This document shows, in pieces, positions 46,447 through 55,071 of a stretch of DNA of 56,363 nt (positions within the stretch are counted from its first letter, which is position 1; each line of letters starts with the position of its first letter). This DNA comes from Thermoplasmata archaeon (GTDB taxonomy: Archaea; Thermoplasmatota; Thermoplasmata; Lutacidiplasmatales; UBA184). The stretch lies in assembly GCA_035297125.1 (NCBI GenBank), contig DATGZQ010000023.1, positions 1 to 56,363 of the forward strand, in the 5' to 3' direction. Made by a program: the position numbers and the translations under genes. Below the pieces are notes generated by a model, which saw nothing but the letters and a program-made list of their open reading frames with translations, was not told the DNA's origin and searched no databases.

Positions 46447-47079
46447 CTAGGCTTCCTCGGGATCCTTCTCGACAGCTGCGGCGACCGGGGCCCGCGTTCC
46501 GGCGATCCTCGGGCGGGGGAGCCGCGGGCGGAGGGTCGTCCAGAGCGTGTCGATTCGGTCGTAGAACGCGGGCGCCACGCCGGTGGTCCCGAGCGCGGCC
46601 CGGGCCTCCTCGGCGAACGTCCCGAGGTCGTCCGCCCGGAGGCCGTGCTGGGAGGCCCAGGCCACGCAACCGAGCGCCAAGGCAAGCTGCACCTCTGCGT
46701 CCTTGCGGACACGGAGCACCTCGCGTTCCGGGGCAGGAAGGGCGTGCTCGGGGTTCCAGCTCGGAGGCATCGGGGCGAAGATCAGAACGCGGAGCTGACG
46801 GAACGGCTCGGGCAAGGTCGGCCAGCGGGGTTCGGCGAACCGGACCGAAAGCACGTCGAGGGCCGCGGACGCTCCCGAGAAGTCCGAGGCGTCGAACGCG
46901 GCCTCGGCCTTCTCGAGGGGGCCCGCGAGGTCAGGGGCGAGGGGCCCCTTCCACGTGTCGAGCAGCAGGGCGACATGGGACGGCACGAGCCGCCGTAGGG
47001 CCTTGCGGTCCGGCGCGACCGCGACCGGGGGCGGCGGAGGGGGCGTCGACTCTGGCGGTCGGTTGGGGGCTCCGGGCAT
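46447..47079 (-). CDS. Hypothetical protein (helical)
   Basis: Normal codon/amino-acid composition; fills the gap downstream of GGR. No family recognised. Confidence 0.6.
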   Translation of the reverse strand: MPGAPNRPPESTPPPPPPVAVAPDRKALRRLVPSHVALLLDTWKGPLAPDLAGPLEKAEAAFDASDFSGASAALDVLSVRFAEPRWPTLPEPFRQLRVLIFAPMPPSWNPEHALPAPEREVLRVRKDAEVQLALALGCVAWASQHGLRADDLGTFAEEARAALGTTGVAPAFYDRIDTLWTTLRPRLPRPRIAGTRAPVAAAVEKDPEEA

Positions 47080-47097
47080 ACGATTCCAACGAGGGGT

Positions 47098-48288
47098 TCA
47101 GAGGAACGCCTCGAACTCCTTCGTCACTTCCGGGTACTTCGAGTGGACGGCCCTCAGGATGTTGTGAACGTTGAGCTTCTCGAGCTTGGTGCCGGCGAGG
47201 GCGTCGATCAGCTTGTCGAACGTCTCGTCGCTGAGCGTGACGAGCTTCTCCTTCGCGAGCCAGTTGCGGTAGAGCTTCTCCTCGAGCCGCGCCCTCCAGC
47301 CCTTGTCGTACTTCAGGAGGAACTCCTTCGATACGTCTCCCGCCGCCACCGCCTCCGCGGCGACGGTGCCGCAGATCTTCCCGGCAATGCACCCGTTCGC
47401 GATGCCTCCACCGGTGAGCGGGTCGATCATCCGGGCCGCGTCCCCGACGATCATGATCCCGTCGGCGACCGTCTGCTTGAGGGGGGCGGAGATCGAGACC
47501 CCACCTCCGACCATGTCGATCTTCTTGCCCTTCGCGTAGCCGGGGTGCTTGTCGATCCACCGGTCGAGGTAGTTCCTCGCGTCCGCGGGGCTGGTGACCT
47601 GGCTCACCTGGACGCCGATCCCGACGTTGGCGAGCCCCTCCCCCTTGGGGAAGATCCAGACGTACCCTCCGGGCGCGACCTTGCCGAGATAGAAGTCGCA
47701 GTAGCGGACGTCGGAGTCCACGTTCGTCATCCGGTACTGAAGGCAGGTGTCCATGTCCCGCATCGCGATGTTCGTCGGGATGCCTGCCCAGCGTCCGACC
47801 TGGCTCTCGAACCCGTCGGCCCCGATCGTCACCGGGGCGCGGATCTCGAACGGCTCGCCGAACGCCTTCGCCTTCACGCCGACGACCCGACTGCCCTCCT
47901 TCAGGAGCGACACGGCAGCCGTCTTCAGCAGGACGTCCACGCCGGCGTTCGCGGCATCGATCGCGAGCTGCTTGTCGAACTCGTCGCGCTCGACGACATA
48001 GCCGACCTCGTTGCCCGCGTGCTTCTCGTTGATCTCGAAGACCTTCTCGCTCGGGGAGTAGATGCGCGCGCCCTCGACCTCGAGGTTGATCCACCGCCCG
48101 GGTTTGATCTCGACCTCGCGGAGCCAGTCCTTGCTCATGCCCTCGCCGCAGCGAACCGGGCTCCCGATCTCCTGGCGCTTCTCGATCATCACGACCTTCG
48201 CGCCGTGCTTGGCGGCCCACTTCGCGGTCATGCTGCCCGAGGGGCCGGCGCCGATGACCAGGACGTCGGTTTTGAGATTCTGGACCAT
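47098..48288 (-). CDS. Digeranylgeranylglycerophospholipid reductase (archaeal GGR)
   Basis: GAGPSG, PVRCGEG, ERDEFDK, GADGFES, GYVWIFPKG (YxWxFP), VGDAARMIDPLTGGGIANG. Confidence 0.92.
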   Translation of the reverse strand: MVQNLKTDVLVIGAGPSGSMTAKWAAKHGAKVVMIEKRQEIGSPVRCGEGMSKDWLREVEIKPGRWINLEVEGARIYSPSEKVFEINEKHAGNEVGYVVERDEFDKQLAIDAANAGVDVLLKTAAVSLLKEGSRVVGVKAKAFGEPFEIRAPVTIGADGFESQVGRWAGIPTNIAMRDMDTCLQYRMTNVDSDVRYCDFYLGKVAPGGYVWIFPKGEGLANVGIGVQVSQVTSPADARNYLDRWIDKHPGYAKGKKIDMVGGGVSISAPLKQTVADGIMIVGDAARMIDPLTGGGIANGCIAGKICGTVAAEAVAAGDVSKEFLLKYDKGWRARLEEKLYRNWLAKEKLVTLSDETFDKLIDALAGTKLEKLNVHNILRAVHSKYPEVTKEFEAFL

Positions 48289-48309
48289 GCGACTCCCCTC
48301 CCGGGTTCC

Positions 48310-48501
48310 TCAGTCGATCTCGATGGCGCCGACGGGGCAGGCCTTCACGCAGATCTCGCAGCGGGTGCAGACGCGTTCGTCGAACGTGATGCGCGTCTCG
48401 TCAAGGTAGATACAGTTCAGAGGGCAGATCCCGACGCACGCCCCGCAGTAGATGCAAAGCTGTCCCGAGGACTCGATGTGCAGGCTCTTTTTGCTCGGCA
48501 A
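48310..48501 (-). CDS. 2x[4Fe-4S] ferredoxin
   Basis: CIYCGACVGICP and CTRCEICVKACP. Confidence 0.93.
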   Translation of the reverse strand: MPSKKSLHIESSGQLCIYCGACVGICPLNCIYLDETRITFDERVCTRCEICVKACPVGAIEID

Positions 48502-48544
48502 GCCGCTGGCCCTGACGTGCCACCGAGCCGTACGTAATTAAAGC

Positions 48545-49510
48545 CTACCGAGGAGTCGTGGGACGGCCCGGATGAGGGGCCTGCTCGGAGAGCCATCGCT
48601 CGGCGTCGATCGCCGCCATGCAGCCGGCGCCGGCCGCGCTGACCGCCTGGCGGTATCGATGATCGTTGACGTCCCCGCCGGCGAACACTCCCTCGACGTT
48701 GGTCCGGGTGTGGTCCGCGACACGGAGGTATCCCTTTTCGTCGAGGTCGAGCGACCCCCGGAAGACCTCGGTCGCCGGGATGTGACCGATCGCCACGAAC
48801 AGGCCGCCGACCTTGAGCGCGCTCTCTGCGCCCGTGCGTGTGTTCCGAAGCTTGACGCCCTCGACTTTCTCTGCGCCCAGGACTTCCGTCACTTCCGTTT
48901 CGAGGAGAAGCGAGATCTTCGGGTGGCTTCTCGCGCGTTGTTGCATGATCGTGCTCGCCCGGAGCCGATCGCGGCGGTGCACGATCGTCACCTTCGTGGC
49001 GAAGTTCGTGAGGAAGAGCGCCTCCTCCATCGCGGTGTCGCCGCCGCCCACCACGGCCAGCTCGAGTCCCTTGAAGAAGAACCCGTCGCAGGTCGCGCAG
49101 GCGCTGATCCCGTGTCCCTTGAGGCGTGTTTCGGAAGGCAGGTCGAGCCATCGGGCGGTCGCGCCGGTGGTGACGATGACCGCGTCCGCTCGGAACGTCC
49201 CGTGGGTGCCGGTCCGCAGGACGAACGGGCGACGGGAGAAATCGACCTGGGTGACGTTGTCGTCGACGAACTCCGCGCCGAATCGCTCCGCCTGCTTCCG
49301 CATCCGGTCGACCAGTTCCGGGCCCTGGATCCCCTCGGGGAAACCGGGGTAGTTCTCCACGTCCGTCGTGATGAGCAACTGGCCCCCGGGGGGGATCCCT
49401 GCGATGACGACCGGTTTCAGTTCCGCCCGGGCGCAGTAGAGCGCGGCCGTGAGTCCCGCGGGACCGCTGCCCACGATCGCCACGCGGACCGCCCGGTCGC
49501 CCGTCGTCAT
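48545..49510 (-). CDS. trxB: Thioredoxin reductase (NADPH)
   Basis: GSGPAG, GGQL, VENYPG, CATCDG, GGGDTAMEEA, VHRRD, AIGH, FAGGDV. Confidence 0.96.
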   Translation of the reverse strand: MTTGDRAVRVAIVGSGPAGLTAALYCARAELKPVVIAGIPPGGQLLITTDVENYPGFPEGIQGPELVDRMRKQAERFGAEFVDDNVTQVDFSRRPFVLRTGTHGTFRADAVIVTTGATARWLDLPSETRLKGHGISACATCDGFFFKGLELAVVGGGDTAMEEALFLTNFATKVTIVHRRDRLRASTIMQQRARSHPKISLLLETEVTEVLGAEKVEGVKLRNTRTGAESALKVGGLFVAIGHIPATEVFRGSLDLDEKGYLRVADHTRTNVEGVFAGGDVNDHRYRQAVSAAGAGCMAAIDAERWLSEQAPHPGRPTTPR

Positions 49511-49609
49511 CGGCGGAACTAGGCCGGGCGGGGGTTAAAGCGCCGCGCCCCGCGGACGTCGGGAACCGTTCGAAAGGGTATCGCCCCTGCGGCGTGTGGT
49601 CGCGACGGG

Positions 49610-50143
49610 TCAGGGCTCGGTTGGCGGGAGGCGCAGCCGGCCGTCGGTGTCCGGTTCGCCGTATGCAGAGCGGAAGAACAGGAGCGGCGGGGCAGAGCGT
49701 CCCTGCTCCACGCGAACGACCTCGCCCGTCACGAGCACGTGGTCGAACAGCGGGGTGAGCGATACGACCCGGCATTCCGCGGCTCCGAGGGTCCGGTCCG
49801 GTAGAGCGACCCCCGTGACCCCGCGGTGGACGGCTAGGTCACGGAACTTCTCGGCCGCCGGGATGGCGCGGGCGAACCGTTCGCTGATCGCGCGTTGGTC
49901 GCTGGCGAGGAAGCTCACGGCGAAGGAACGGCTACGTTCGATGACCGGCAGGGTGTCGACGTCCCGCATCAGGCTGACCAGGAGGGCAGGCGGGGAGAGG
50001 GAAACGGAGAGGAACGCGTTCACCGTCAAGCCGGCGTCGTGCGGGCCGTCCCGGGAGGTCACGACCGAGATGCCGGTCGCCCACTCACCCATGAATTTGC
50101 GAAACGCCGCGGCGTCTACCGGTGGCTCGGGCGAGGGGCTCAT
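49610..50143 (-). CDS. Flavin reductase-like domain protein
   Basis: FRKFMGEWATGISVVT, GLTVNAFLSVSLSPP, FAVSFL, FDHVLVTGEV, PLLFFRS; ATGA overlap with the permease. Confidence 0.9.
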   Translation of the reverse strand: MSPSPEPPVDAAAFRKFMGEWATGISVVTSRDGPHDAGLTVNAFLSVSLSPPALLVSLMRDVDTLPVIERSRSFAVSFLASDQRAISERFARAIPAAEKFRDLAVHRGVTGVALPDRTLGAAECRVVSLTPLFDHVLVTGEVVRVEQGRSAPPLLFFRSAYGEPDTDGRLRLPPTEP

Positions 50144-51261
50144 CGCTCGTCCCGCCACTGGAACAGACGCACGGCGAGGGTGAAAACGATGACCGATGCC
50201 ACGAGGACGACAATGAGGTCCCCGAACGCCCGGCCCTCGTTCTGGAAGAGCATCACCTGGTTCAGCCCGTCGATCACGTAGTAGAGCGGTAGGACGTGCG
50301 CAACCGCCGCGAGGTCCGGCGGGAAGCTCGAGACTTGGAAGAACGTCCCCGACAGGAACATCATCGGGAACGTGACGATGTTCCCGATGAGAGCGGCGGC
50401 CTCCGGCGTCTTGGAGACCGTCCCGCAAAGCATCCCCAGCGAGACGAAGAAGAACGGGCCGACCACCAGGAAGGGGATCATGCCGAGAGTGAGCGTCACG
50501 TGGGCGTGGAACACGTACACCCCCATCCCGATCATGATACCGGCGGCGGCAAAGCAGAGCAGGATGTACCAGACGACGCGCGCCGTGAGCCACTCCGCGC
50601 GCGTCAGAGGCGTTAGGGAGAGCTGCCGGAAGATCCCCTCCTTCCGGTAGGACGAGGAGACGTCCACGAGCGAGAACATCGGGCTGGTCAGGATAGAGAA
50701 GCCGATCAGTCCCGGAATCAGGTAGTCGATGTAACTGTAGGTCTGGCTGCCCACGTTGTGGAGCGGAGCGAGCCCGATCTCGGGGGTGCAGTTGGTGAGG
50801 TGCGCGCACTTGGCCTCCAGATTGAAGCTCGCCGCGACGCCCTGGACGGCTCCAAGGACCTCCCCTTCCGTCGCGGAGTCCTGGGGATTGAGGTAGAGCG
50901 AAAGATTGGTCGTAATGTTTTCCGTCGAATTAGTCTCGAACCCCGTCGGAACGATCATGCCGGCCGAGTAGCCGTTCTGACCGAGCCAAGCGGCGAAATC
51001 GGACGGCGCGACGTTCTCGGTCTGCACCGTCACGATCTTCGTGTCGTTGAGCGCGGCCAGGAACTTCACGCTCAGGACCGAGTTGTGGTCTTCGTTCAGG
51101 ACGATCAGGGTCGTAGAGGTGGAACCGATGCTGGAAAAGATCAGGCCGAAGAGGCCGATCAGGATGATCGGGAAGATGAGCGAGAAGAACAGGGCAACGG
51201 GGTTCCGGGAGTAGGATCGAAAGACTACCTTGAAGTCCGCGCCGATGCGAGACGGCTTCAC
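50140..51261 (-). CDS. ABC-2 type exporter permease
   Basis: One N-terminal TM, a large N-glycosylation-site-rich loop, then YIDYLIPG...PMMFLSGTFF...LPLYYVIDGL; GTG overlaps the ATPase stop. Confidence 0.9.
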   Translation of the reverse strand: MKPSRIGADFKVVFRSYSRNPVALFFSLIFPIILIGLFGLIFSSIGSTSTTLIVLNEDHNSVLSVKFLAALNDTKIVTVQTENVAPSDFAAWLGQNGYSAGMIVPTGFETNSTENITTNLSLYLNPQDSATEGEVLGAVQGVAASFNLEAKCAHLTNCTPEIGLAPLHNVGSQTYSYIDYLIPGLIGFSILTSPMFSLVDVSSSYRKEGIFRQLSLTPLTRAEWLTARVVWYILLCFAAAGIMIGMGVYVFHAHVTLTLGMIPFLVVGPFFFVSLGMLCGTVSKTPEAAALIGNIVTFPMMFLSGTFFQVSSFPPDLAAVAHVLPLYYVIDGLNQVMLFQNEGRAFGDLIVVLVASVIVFTLAVRLFQWRDER

Positions 51262-52190
51262 GGAGGCGCCTCCGACTTGAGCGCCCCGTCGTCCATCTGG
51301 CCCACCAGGCGGACGAAGACGTCCTCGAGCGTGTCGTCCTGAGTGGTGAAGGAATCCCATGTGACGCCGCTCCGCTCGATCGCGGAAAGGACGCGCAGCG
51401 CGTCCCGCTTGTCCCTCAGTTCGACCTCTACGTGTCCGTCCTGGAAACGCGCCTCCGCACCCAGCTGCTTCTGCAGGATGCCGACAAGTTCGATCGGGGC
51501 CTTCACGCGCAAACGGGCCGGGCGGCCCTGGGTCCGGATGATCTCGTCGGGCGTGCCAGAGGCGATGATCTTTCCGCGATGGATGATCGCGACCTGGTCC
51601 GCGAGCAGCTGCGCCTCCTCCAGGTAGTGAGTGGTTAGGAAGACGGTGCGGCCTTCCTTCCTCAGGGAGCGGATCACGCTCCAGATCGCGCGGCGGGCGT
51701 GAGGGTCCAGCCCGGTTGTCGGCTCATCGAGGAAGCAGACCTCCGGGTTGTTCGCCAGGGAGAGGGCGAGCCCCAGCTTCTGTTTCTGGCCCCCGGAGAG
51801 CGTGTCGAAACGGGCGTTCGTCTTGTCGAGCAGCTCGACCCGCGCGAGTAGGTCGCCCGGCGAGACATCGGTCCCGAACAGAACACCGTAGTACTCGATC
51901 GCTTCCTTGGGAGTGATCTTATCGAAGAAGTGGAAGTCCTGGGGAATCACTCCAATCCTCCGGTGGAGCGCTGCCCCGTTGATCCACGGGTCCATCCCTA
52001 GGACGGTCACCGACCCGTCGGTGCGCCGGCGGAGCCCCTCGAGGATCTCCACGGTGGTCGTCTTTCCGGCTCCGTTCGGGCCTAGAAACGCAAAGACCGT
52101 CCCCGCAGGAACGTCAAACCCGATCCCCGCCACCGCCGCGAGGTCGCCGTACTGCTTGACCAGTCCGCGGACCTCGATGGCGGACGCCAT
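51258..52190 (-). CDS. ABC exporter ATP-binding protein
   Basis: GPNGAGKTT, LSGGQKQK, FLDEPTTGLD, LTTHYLEEA. Confidence 0.95.
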   Translation of the reverse strand: MASAIEVRGLVKQYGDLAAVAGIGFDVPAGTVFAFLGPNGAGKTTTVEILEGLRRRTDGSVTVLGMDPWINGAALHRRIGVIPQDFHFFDKITPKEAIEYYGVLFGTDVSPGDLLARVELLDKTNARFDTLSGGQKQKLGLALSLANNPEVCFLDEPTTGLDPHARRAIWSVIRSLRKEGRTVFLTTHYLEEAQLLADQVAIIHRGKIIASGTPDEIIRTQGRPARLRVKAPIELVGILQKQLGAEARFQDGHVEVELRDKRDALRVLSAIERSGVTWDSFTTQDDTLEDVFVRLVGQMDDGALKSEAPP

Positions 52191-52488
52191 TGGCTAGCCC
52201 TTAGGCCGCCGGTTTATGAAGGCTCCCGACACGAGCTTCCCGGGCAACCCGGTCGAGAGGGTCCCGCATCCGCCCGGCGCGACGTGCGCTGTGGCCGACG
52301 ACCCGCTGACCGTGAGGTGCCCGGGCGGAGAGCACGGCGCACCCGCCCTCACCGGGAGGCGATTGCTCGCGCTGCGGCCCGATTGCGTCTCGAGCAATGC
52401 GGGTCGTTTTCCGAAACGATTTATCGCGGAACTCGCCTCGTTGACCGTCGAACGCGGCGCATTCCGTGCCGCTGCGACGAGCACGAAC

Positions 52489-53421
52489 ATGACCCGATCC
52501 CTCGCACAGGCGCTGCTCGCCTACCCACTCTTCTTCGCCCCCGTTCCGCCCCCCAGTCGGACGCCACCCCACCGCGTCGCCGAACGGGTCGAAGAGGTCG
52601 CTCGCCTGATCGAGCAGACCCCCCGGATCGATGCAATCGATGTTCCCGAGCTCGTGGACGAGAATCACGAGGGACGACCGCGCTACCGCACGGACGACCC
52701 GAGGACCTACGGCCGTACGATCGCGGAGCGGACGGGGCTCGAGGTCATCGTCAACAAGGTGGTGGCCCACCTCGAGAGCCACGCGGCGCTCGAGGCATGG
52801 GCCCAGGAAACGGTCCGCCTCGGGGTGCGACACGCCGTGCTGGTTGGAGGAACGAGCCGTTTCATCCCGTACCCCGGACCGCCCGTCGCGGAAGCGAACC
52901 GAGTGGTCCGCCCCATTCTAGCGGGGTCGAATGGCCTTCTGGGGAACATCTCAATACCCCAGCGCCGAGGGGAAGCTCACCGAATGGTCTCGAAGACCCG
53001 CGCGGGGGCCTCGTTCTTCACCACCCAGCTCCTCTTCGCCCCCGAGGCGATCAGCGAGACCGTCGCGTCGTACGACAAGCTCTGCCGACAGGCGGAGATA
53101 TCCCCCGCGACCGTGATCCTGAGCTTCGCGCCCGTGGCCGACGAGACGGACATCGAGTTCGTTCGCTGGTTGGGAGCCGACGTCCCGGAGGAGTCGGAAC
53201 GACGACTCATGAACGGCGACGACCCGAATACCTCGGTGCGCTGTATCGCTCTGGCGCGCGAAGTGTGGGAGTTGGTGAGCCAGCGCGCGGCCGACGACCA
53301 GCTTCGGGTACCGTTGGGGATCAACATCGAACAGGTCTCCCCGCGGCACCTCGACGGGGCGCGCGAGATGCTCACGGCGTTCGTGGATTGCCTTCCCCGG
53401 ACCAACGGCACGGGGAACTAG
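52489..53421 (+). CDS. Methylenetetrahydrofolate reductase-like TIM barrel (short, mycobacterial-type)
   Basis: PVPP, AVLVGG, IPQRRGEAHRMVSKTRAGASFFTTQLLF, VILSFAP, FVRWLG; TTTATC box at 52420. ATG 52489 is preferred over 52216. Confidence 0.7.
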   Translation: MTRSLAQALLAYPLFFAPVPPPSRTPPHRVAERVEEVARLIEQTPRIDAIDVPELVDENHEGRPRYRTDDPRTYGRTIAERTGLEVIVNKVVAHLESHAALEAWAQETVRLGVRHAVLVGGTSRFIPYPGPPVAEANRVVRPILAGSNGLLGNISIPQRRGEAHRMVSKTRAGASFFTTQLLFAPEAISETVASYDKLCRQAEISPATVILSFAPVADETDIEFVRWLGADVPEESERRLMNGDDPNTSVRCIALAREVWELVSQRAADDQLRVPLGINIEQVSPRHLDGAREMLTAFVDCLPRTNGTGN

Positions 53422-53429
53422 ACTCGTCC

Positions 53430-54599
53430 TCATCCACGAGGAGATCGCCGAACCGCTCGCCTCGCACGGCTCGAGGCCGGTCGTCGGGGCGCCGTCTCCG
53501 CCCCCTCGACGAGCCACGGGACTCCGTCGAGATCGACTGACGCGTCCGAGAGGGTCGTCAGGTACGAGAACCGCGAGCGGTTCCGCCCACCGACCGCTCG
53601 GTTGTTCCCGAGGAGCAGGCTAACGCTTCCCAGGGCGATTTCCTCGAGCTCCGGAGCGTGAAGGATCGCCGGGTTGAGTCCAAAGATGAGTCCGCCGGGG
53701 AGGTCTCTCCCTGCCCCTCCGGACGCGTACGCGGATGCGAACGGTTCCCCTCCGCGGTCGAACGACACCTGCTGCAGTCGTCCCTCGAAGACCTCGAACC
53801 GCGGACCCAGCGCCACCGGTGGGTCTGCGAGTCGGTCGTAGACCGGCCGGTTGGCCTCCCAGGTGCCCTCCGCAAATCCGTCCCGCAGCGGTACGGCGAC
53901 CAGACCCGTGGGTATCTGCGTCCAGAAGCGTCCGGCGGCTAGATCGGTCCGGTCGACGCGACCGTCCTCGAGGATCATAGGTCCCTGTCGAAGCCGGACC
54001 GAGAGGTCGGTACCGTTCGCATGGCGGATCCGAACGGTCTTGGCACGGGTCAGGCGACGGACCCACCGTGCCCCTCTCCGCGCGAGGCGGTCCGGGATCA
54101 CTCGGCTGCCGGCGAGGATCTCCCGTTGCCACGATTCTAGGTCTACGCCGTACCGGGCAGCGGCGGTAGGCGTGGCCGCGCTGATGGCCAGTCGAGCGGC
54201 CCGAAGGCCGGCCCGTCTCGCGGCCCGCCACCACCCGGGACCGTGACGAACGACCACCGACTCCAGGTCCTGGCTCGGCAGGCCGAACAGGCGAGGGAAG
54301 TCCTCCGGACCTCCGAAGTAGACATAGACGTCGCTCGACCCAGCCGGGGCCACTGGGGCCTGAGCGGCCGTTCCGCCGCCCCGGGCGGCGAGCGACCGGA
54401 AGAACGTCTCCTCGTCCTCGACCACGAGCGCCGGTTCGGCCCCGATCCTTCGCGCTTCGGCGACGAACGGCAGAGCCCACGGAAGCGCGTGGGTCCACGT
54501 CTCGATCGTGATCGATTCGCCGCGGCGGACGGAGAGGCACCGGTCAAGCACGACCCGGGCCAGGGCGTCGCCGGCGGGCGGGGGTCGCTGCTTCGTCAT
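53430..54599 (-). CDS. M29 (thermophilic metalloaminopeptidase)-fold protein lacking most metal ligands
   Basis: Overall M29 layout: LSVRRGESITI, VRIRHANGTDL, IPTG, AEGTW, FGLNP, LLLGNN...GGRNRS, VDLDG. Confidence 0.72.
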   Translation of the reverse strand: MTKQRPPPAGDALARVVLDRCLSVRRGESITIETWTHALPWALPFVAEARRIGAEPALVVEDEETFFRSLAARGGGTAAQAPVAPAGSSDVYVYFGGPEDFPRLFGLPSQDLESVVVRHGPGWWRAARRAGLRAARLAISAATPTAAARYGVDLESWQREILAGSRVIPDRLARRGARWVRRLTRAKTVRIRHANGTDLSVRLRQGPMILEDGRVDRTDLAAGRFWTQIPTGLVAVPLRDGFAEGTWEANRPVYDRLADPPVALGPRFEVFEGRLQQVSFDRGGEPFASAYASGGAGRDLPGGLIFGLNPAILHAPELEEIALGSVSLLLGNNRAVGGRNRSRFSYLTTLSDASVDLDGVPWLVEGAETAPRRPASSRARRAVRRSPRG

Positions 54600-55071
54600 G
54601 GGGAGGCCCCCGAATCCGTGGGGGGTCGTGAGGGTGGCGGTGTCCCGTACGACCCCCGGCGACGGCCGGAGTGGTCACGAGCGACCCGCCTTCGAGGACG
54701 CCCTTCACGCCGCGTAGGTCCTGGGTGGCCCGGTCGATCTCGCGGCGCTTCCCGAGGAGCACGACGACCTCCGCGCAGGCATCCCCCTCGAGGTGGACGT
54801 GCGTTGTAGACCGGATGTGATCGCCCCAGCGGTGTTCCGCTGCGGTCAGTCGGCGAAGAACGTTTGGCGCCTCGTGGCGGTAGAGCAGCGCGACCACTCC
54901 CAGGGCGTCCGAGTCCGGGTTGGCGAGCGTGCGGTTCGAGAGCTCCTTGCGTATGAGGGCACGAATCGCGTCGGAGCGGCTCGGGCTGTTCCGCTGCTCG
55001 ACCCAGCGGTCGAGGAGCGCCAACAGCTCGGGTTCGAGCGAGAGGCCGAGACGTACGACCTTGACGGTCAC
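54544..55071 (-). CDS. nikR: Nickel-responsive regulator NikR
   Basis: RHH domain VRLGLSLEPELL...SRSDAIRALIR; Ni site EH...THVHLEGDACAEV (His, His-x-His, Cys); GTG overlaps the NiCoT stop. Confidence 0.9.
   Translation of the reverse strand: MTVKVVRLGLSLEPELLALLDRWVEQRNSPSRSDAIRALIRKELSNRTLANPDSDALGVVALLYRHEAPNVLRRLTAAEHRWGDHIRSTTHVHLEGDACAEVVVLLGKRREIDRATQDLRGVKGVLEGGSLVTTPAVAGGRTGHRHPHDPPRIRGPPHDEAATPARRRRPGPGRA

Noticed and set aside
43304-48501. ETF + flavoprotein + ferredoxin read as a FixABCX system
   Set aside because: The flavoprotein has the archaeal lipid-reductase signatures (PxxCGEG, YxWxFP), lies on the opposite strand, and is separated from ETF by unrelated genes.
52194-52490. 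98-aa minus-strand ORF or N-terminal extension of the MTHFR-like gene in the divergent spacer
   Set aside because: It overlaps both promoters (CATAAA for the ABC ATPase, TTTATC for the MTHFR-like gene) and lacks protein-like features.
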